Source of the DNA: an uncultured Acidobacteriota bacterium
GTDB lineage: Bacteria; Acidobacteriota; Thermoanaerobaculia; Multivoradales; UBA5704
Length of the DNA: 64,000 bases
Reading direction: 5' to 3'
Assembly: GCA_963700145.1 (NCBI GenBank)
Contig: OY969474.1
Span: 2,912,001-2,976,000 of the forward strand
Shown here one piece after another: positions 39,033 to 64,000 of the stretch. How positions within the stretch are numbered: position 1 is the first letter of the stretch; every line of letters begins with the position of its first letter. A model generated the notes under the pieces. That model had not been told where the DNA came from, did no database searches, and saw only the letters and a program-made list of their open reading frames with translations. A program made the translations under genes and the position numbers.

Positions 39033-41439
39033 AGAAGTACGCCTGCTCCTGGCGGCTGAGGTCGAAGTTCTGGTCGCCGAGCTCGTCCTGGCTGTAGCCG
39101 AGGAAGACCAGGGTGCGGGCGTTGAGCTTGTAGGAGAAGAGGAACTGGCTGACGATGCTCTCCTCCTCCGGCCGCACGGTCGCCCCGCGGTTGTAGAGCG
39201 AGAGGTCGCGCGTGACGTCGCGGTGCTGGACGATCGCGCGCACGAACATCCGCGGCGTGAAGTGGTAGCGCAGGGTCGACGAGATCGTCGCCGCCCGCTG
39301 GTACTCGCCGCCGCCGTCGGTGCGCCCCCGGCCGCTCACCTCGAAGACCTGGCGGTTGTACTGGACGTCGCCGAAGAAGCTCTTGCCGAGCTGGAAGTCG
39401 ACGCGCGGCCGGATCTGGAGGAAGGTGACCTGCCGCACGTTGGTGGTGTCGATCGTCTCGCCGCCGCGGACGAAGAGCTCGAGGCCCAGGTCGCCGCGCG
39501 GCCGGATCTGCATCAGCAGGTCCGAGCGCATGTTGGTGAACATCCGGCCGCGCAGGCTCTCGTTGTTCGGCCGGAAGGCGAACCGGACCAAGCTCTCCTT
39601 GGGCCCTTCGTAGAAGACCTGGATGTTGGAGTTCTTCTGCAGGACCAGCTCGGTCTGTGCGTCCTGTTGATACAGGGCGTCGACGTGCACGGTCAGCCGC
39701 TGGTACCAGGAGTCCTCCCCGCCCCAGAAGAAGCGCTGGAGGAAGCCCCCGGCCTCGCGGACGCCCACCTGGGGGATGAAGCCGCTGTCGGCCCGGAACT
39801 CGTGGGCGAGCTCGCCCGCCCCGACGACCCAACGCCAGTCGCGGGTCGAGTGGCTCCAGTCGACGAGGTAGGCGGTGCCGTCGAAGGAGTCGGTGGGTTG
39901 CCGGTTGGCCAGGGCGAACGCCCGCGGGTAGGTGGTGTCGGAGGCCAGGACCTGGGCCCGGAGAGTGTCGGATCCGGTCGCCCGCCAGTTGGCGTCCACG
40001 CCCAGGACCTGGTTCTCGTAGTCGGTGGCGTCCCGGCCCGTGTACAGCAGACCCAGGGTGGAGGTCTCCCCGAGGTCGCGGCGGTAGCGCAGGATGCTGC
40101 CGGTCACGTCCTGCACCAGGGTGCGCTGCACCGAGCGCTCGGGCCCCGGGAGCACCAGGTTGTTGAGCTGGTCCTCGGTGAACATCACGCCGTAGGCGTT
40201 GGGGCCCCCCTTGCCGGTGAGCCGCAGGCCGTACTCGGGGTCGGCGACGGTGCGGGTGAAGACGGCCTCGAACGGGGTCTCGAAGAAGTCGGCGCCCTCG
40301 AGGAAGAACGGCCGCCTCTCCGGGAACTGGAGGGCGAAGCGCTCGTTGACGGCGAGCTCGACGGTGTCGGTCTCGACCTGGGAGAAGTCGGGGTTGAGGG
40401 CGGCGCCCAGGACGACGTTGGGGCTGATGCTCCAGCGGGCCGAGACCCCGAGGTCGGTGTCCTCGTCCCCCTCGGCCAGCGGCGCGCTCTGGGACGCCCG
40501 GGTGTCGGCGCGGGTCGCGGTCAAGGTGGGCACCACCTCGACGTTGAGGCCGGTCTCCATGTTCTCGAGCCCGCTGATGGCGTCGAACTGGCAGACGAAG
40601 CAGTTCTTGCCGCGGTCCACGCGACCCGAACGGAGCTGGTGGAAGACGTCGCGCGAGTACTCGCGCGTGGCGAGGAAGCCCCAGGTCTGCGGCCCCCGGG
40701 TGCGGGGGAAGCGGAGCTGCTTGAAGGGGATCGCCAGCTCGACGATGTAGCCGGACTCGGTGAGCTTGCCGGCCGAGTCCCAGAGCGCGTCCCAGGAGGT
40801 GTCGAGCCGCTGCAGCTTCTCCGTCTTGGGCCCCACCTCGGTCACCGGCCGGAAGTCGGCCACCACCGCGTCGGTCTGGATTCCGAGGGGATTGACCTGG
40901 AAGTAGAAGGCGCGGCGCCGGTCGTCGAAGGCGTCGATGAAGAAGCCCACGGTGTCGTCGGAGTTCGGGGTGTCGCGGTCGGCGTAGAAGGCCCGCACGG
41001 CGCCGGGCTCCGGGTCGTGGGCCCGGAAGGCGACGTAGAGGTTGGCCTCGTCGTAGGTCACCAGGCAGTCGGTCTCCACCGGCGACGGGGTGTTCTCCCC
41101 GGGATACCACTCGTAGGGCACCGGGATGCGGGTCGCGCTCTCCCAGGCCGGCTCGTCGAGCCGGCCGTCGATGGTGATCTCGGAGGTGGCACGGTCGACG
41201 CCGAACCTCTGGCGCGGCTCCGCGGACGCCTGCTCCGGGGGAGATCCCTCCTCGGCGGTCTGGGCCGGCGGCGCCTCCTCGGTCTGCGTGTCCGGGGTCT
41301 CGGCCGGCTGCGCTTCGGCGGCCGCCTCCTCGGGAGTCTCCTGGGCCGCTTCGCTGTTCTGGGCGGCGGCACCGGCGGGAACGGTCAACAGCAGCAGCGC
41401 CAACAACAGGCGCACGGCGAGCGATGAGGGCCGAGTCAT
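39004..41439 (-). CDS. CBM9-like + DUF5916 outer-membrane beta-barrel protein
   Basis: Signal peptide, IDGRLDEPAW, YDEANLYVAF, VELAIPF..LRF, NPDFSQVE.D, FPERRPFFLEG, terminal FFKVSYAFLW. Confidence 0.8.
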   Translation of the reverse strand: MTRPSSLAVRLLLALLLLTVPAGAAAQNSEAAQETPEEAAAEAQPAETPDTQTEEAPPAQTAEEGSPPEQASAEPRQRFGVDRATSEITIDGRLDEPAWESATRIPVPYEWYPGENTPSPVETDCLVTYDEANLYVAFRAHDPEPGAVRAFYADRDTPNSDDTVGFFIDAFDDRRRAFYFQVNPLGIQTDAVVADFRPVTEVGPKTEKLQRLDTSWDALWDSAGKLTESGYIVELAIPFKQLRFPRTRGPQTWGFLATREYSRDVFHQLRSGRVDRGKNCFVCQFDAISGLENMETGLNVEVVPTLTATRADTRASQSAPLAEGDEDTDLGVSARWSISPNVVLGAALNPDFSQVETDTVELAVNERFALQFPERRPFFLEGADFFETPFEAVFTRTVADPEYGLRLTGKGGPNAYGVMFTEDQLNNLVLPGPERSVQRTLVQDVTGSILRYRRDLGETSTLGLLYTGRDATDYENQVLGVDANWRATGSDTLRAQVLASDTTYPRAFALANRQPTDSFDGTAYLVDWSHSTRDWRWVVGAGELAHEFRADSGFIPQVGVREAGGFLQRFFWGGEDSWYQRLTVHVDALYQQDAQTELVLQKNSNIQVFYEGPKESLVRFAFRPNNESLRGRMFTNMRSDLLMQIRPRGDLGLELFVRGGETIDTTNVRQVTFLQIRPRVDFQLGKSFFGDVQYNRQVFEVSGRGRTDGGGEYQRAATISSTLRYHFTPRMFVRAIVQHRDVTRDLSLYNRGATVRPEEESIVSQFLFSYKLNARTLVFLGYSQDELGDQNFDLSRQEQAYFFKVSYAFLW

Positions 41440-41630
41440 ACGGATTGCCTCCACTTGAGCCTCCTTGGAAGGGAAGAGATGTGATGTGCTCCAGCCGCAC
41501 AGTGCGGCCCGTCGCCTCCGGCGGGACGGGGAGGCCTTCGCGCCGCCCTCGGGCGCTGTCCCTACTCCCCTACGTTCCCACACTGATAGGCTGAATCGCC
41601 CCACTGTCTGGGAGGGAGACTAGCAGCCTT

Positions 41631-42578
41631 ATGCCTCACCCTGCTTCGACCGCGCTGGCGTTCGTCGCCCTGACCGCCGCCGCGGCGACGGCCGCCTTCG
41701 CCAACGGGCCGGCCGCCGCCCCCGACGCGCAGGGGCTGTGGGTCGGCCACGTCGTGCATAAGCGGGGAGAGGTGGAGCTGGACCTCGTCGTCGAGCTGGG
41801 GCGCGCCGCCGACGGGGGTCTGGTGGGAACGATCGACTTCCCCGTCCGCAACATCCTGTTCCACCCGCTCGACGGCGTGCGCCAGGAGGGCCGGGAGATC
41901 ACCTTCACCTTCAACTGGCACAACCCCGAGATCGACAAGCAGGAGTCCGCCCCCTTCAGCGGCACCCTCTCGGCCGACGGGCGGACGTTCGAGGGGCTGA
42001 TGACCGACGACGGCACCCCCCTGCGCTTCGAGCTGCGGCGCCTCGGCCCTCCCGGGACCGACCGGCCGGTGCGGCCGGAGCAGCCGCTGGCCGCTCTCGG
42101 CGCCGCGGCCAACGAGCTGCGCGCGGCGTTCAACCGCGACGCCGATCACCCGCGCCTGGTGCTGCTGCTCTCGCCGACGTGATGGATCTGCCTGATGAGC
42201 GCCCGGGTGGTGCAACGCTACGTGCTGGACGACATCGCCGACCCGCGGCTGCGGGTCTACATGGTCTGGGGGCCGATGCTGGACAAGGAGACGGAGGCGG
42301 ACGCGCGCCACGCCACCACCTTCATCCAGGACCCGCGGCTGACGCACTTCTGGACCGACTCGGACGGCGTGGCGGAGCGGTTCAAGGCCCCGCTCGGCCT
42401 GACCACCGCCGACGCCTGGGACACCTACCTGCTGTTTGCGCCGGGCATCCGCTGGACGGAGGAGGCGCCGCGGCCGTCCTCCTTCATGCACGTCGGCAAG
42501 CCGCTGCCGAAGGAGCGGCGTTTGAACGCCGTCACGCTGGCCGCCGAGGTGCGCGCCGCCCTTGCCGGCGCGCCTTGA
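41631..42578 (+). CDS. Probable exported thioredoxin-like selenoprotein (UGA at 42180-42182 read as Sec; UxxC)
   Basis: Track ORFs 41631-42182 and 42195-42578 share a frame: ...RLVLLLSPT-UGA-W-I-C-LMSARVV...RVYMVWGPML. N-terminal signal peptide. SECIS-like hairpin downstream of the UGA. Confidence 0.8.
42183..42225 (+). promoter_or_regulatory. Candidate bacterial SECIS element
   Basis: Stem GCGCC (42199-42203) / GGTGC (42209-42213) with G-rich apical loop CGGGT starting 21 nt after the UGA. Confidence 0.55.
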
Positions 42579-42585
42579 GCGCAGC

Positions 42586-62721
<20,136 letters not shown>

Positions 62722-62736
62722 GCGCGCGCCCGCCGC

Positions 62737-63615
62737 TCACCCGCCCCAGCGGCGGTGCATCCAGAGCCACATCTCCGGGTGCTCGCGGATCTGCTCCTCG
62801 GCGACCTCCAGGTAACGGCGGGTGAGGGCCAGCACCGCCTCCTCCCCCTCCCCTTGCGGGAAGATCGGCGGCCGGGCGACGAAGCGGTAGCGTCCGCGCG
62901 GCGCCGGCAGCACCGCGATCGGCACGACCGGCGCGCCGGTGCGCAGCGACAGGCGGGCGAGGACCGGCGTGGTGCGCGCCGGGCGGCCGAAGAAGGGCAC
63001 CTCGATCCCCTCCCGCGGCTGCACCCGCTGGTCGATGAGGATGCCCACCCGCCCGCCTTCGCGCAGCACCTCGAGCATCCGCCGTGCGGCGCCGCGCTTG
63101 GGGACGACGACGCCGAAGAAGCGCTCGCGCAAGGCGCGCAGCTCGCGGTCGAGCCAGGGGTTGTCGGGCGGGCGGACGACGATGTGGAGGCGCCCGCGCC
63201 AGAGGCCCACCGCCGGCGCCACCAGCTCCCAGAACCCGATGTGCGGCGAGAGCACGAAGAGGCCGCGGCCGGGCGCCTCCGCGGTCTCGAAGTGCTCCCA
63301 CCCTTCCAACGTGAAGCGGTCGCAGGTCTCCTCGTAGTCGAAACGGGTCGAGGAGACGGCGTCGCAGAGGGCGGCGCCGAAGTGGCGGAAGCAGGCGGCG
63401 GCGAGGCGCCGGCGCTCCGCTTCCGGCAGCTCCGGGAAGACGAGCGCCAGGTTGCGGCGCGCCACCTCGCGGTGGCGGCGGTCGAGCCGGTGGGCGAGGG
63501 CGCCGAGCGCCCGCCCGACGCGGCGCGTCGCGGCGTGCGGCAGGGCGCGCAGCCCCCCCTTGAGCGCCAGGTAGAGCGCGTACTCGACGCGGTGGCGGAG
63601 CGGGCGCGCCTTCAC
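62737..63615 (-). CDS. lpxL: Lipid A late acyltransferase (LpxL/HtrB family)
   Basis: ARRNL, HIGFWE, RPPDNP, ILIDQR, VPFFGRPA.T, HPEMWLWMHRRW. GTGA-coupled to lpxK. Confidence 0.8.
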   Translation of the reverse strand: MKARPLRHRVEYALYLALKGGLRALPHAATRRVGRALGALAHRLDRRHREVARRNLALVFPELPEAERRRLAAACFRHFGAALCDAVSSTRFDYEETCDRFTLEGWEHFETAEAPGRGLFVLSPHIGFWELVAPAVGLWRGRLHIVVRPPDNPWLDRELRALRERFFGVVVPKRGAARRMLEVLREGGRVGILIDQRVQPREGIEVPFFGRPARTTPVLARLSLRTGAPVVPIAVLPAPRGRYRFVARPPIFPQGEGEEAVLALTRRYLEVAEEQIREHPEMWLWMHRRWGG

Positions 63616-64000
63616 CGCTCGGCCGCGCCGCTCTCGCCGAATCGGCCGCGCAGCGCGTCGACCTCGCCGTCCAGCCACTGCCAGAAGGCGGGCTCCGGCT
63701 CGGCGCGCACCGGCAGCTCGGCGAGCGGCAGGTCCAGGCGGCCGAGGAGCTTGACCCGGTCCTTGCCGGTGGTGAGGACGGCGGCGGCGGCGTTCGCCGC
63801 GAAGGCGCGGCGGATGCGCGCCAGGCTCGCCTCCGGGTAGGCGTGGTGGTCGGCGAAGCGCAGCTCCCCGGCGACCTCGTGGCCGGCGGCGCGCGCCGCG
63901 CGTGCGAACTCCTCCGGCCGCGCCAGCCCGGAGACCAGGAGGACGCGCGTGCCGGCCGGCAGCGCGCGGCCGTCGCGCAGCCGCGCCGGACCGGCCGCGG
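63612..64000 (-). CDS. lpxK: Tetraacyldisaccharide 4'-kinase, 3' part (truncated by the window edge)
   Basis: Minus strand reads LLVSGLARPEEF...FADHHAY...VLTTGKDRVKL, matching LpxK C-terminal motifs. Not in the ORF track. Confidence 0.85.
   Translation of the reverse strand, partial: AAGPARLRDGRALPAGTRVLLVSGLARPEEFARAARAAGHEVAGELRFADHHAYPEASLARIRRAFAANAAAAVLTTGKDRVKLLGRLDLPLAELPVRAEPEPAFWQWLDGEVDALRGRFGESGAAER

Overview
Very GC-rich Gram-negative bacterial DNA (lpxK/lpxL present; an Acidobacteriota/Thermoanaerobaculia-like origin is an inference). Left to right: (1) a lower-GC Septu/PtuAB-like defence locus: an HNH-ATPase fusion whose HNH catalytic His appears replaced by Trp, coupled to a second HNH gene cut by the window edge; (2) a ~21 kb envelope-glycosylation region (DUF362, two flippase-like proteins, GT2/GT4/methyltransferase sets, two paralogous ~700-aa GT-C-like membrane proteins, a UbiA-type polyprenyl-phosphate phosphoribosyltransferase, two YfhO-like proteins); (3) a HigBA-type TA pair, an ICMT-family methyltransferase, biotin carboxylase and biotin carrier; (4) a type III R-M locus with hicAB between res and mod, followed by a 21-bp palindromic tandem array split by an intact IS3 element; (5) MFS, lipoprotein, ArnT-like GT and a CBM9/DUF5916 outer-membrane protein; (6) a probable exported thioredoxin-like selenoprotein (in-frame UGA in UxxC, SECIS-like hairpin) that the ORF track splits in two, directly upstream of (7) a 20-kb single-gene NRPS-PKS, (C-A-T)x5-KS-AT-ACP-TE; (8) lpxL-like and partial lpxK. 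The strongest leads are the selenoprotein, the NRPS-PKS beside it, the 21-bp array and the HNH-ATPase/HNH locus. All family calls come from motif recognition by eye, not database searches.
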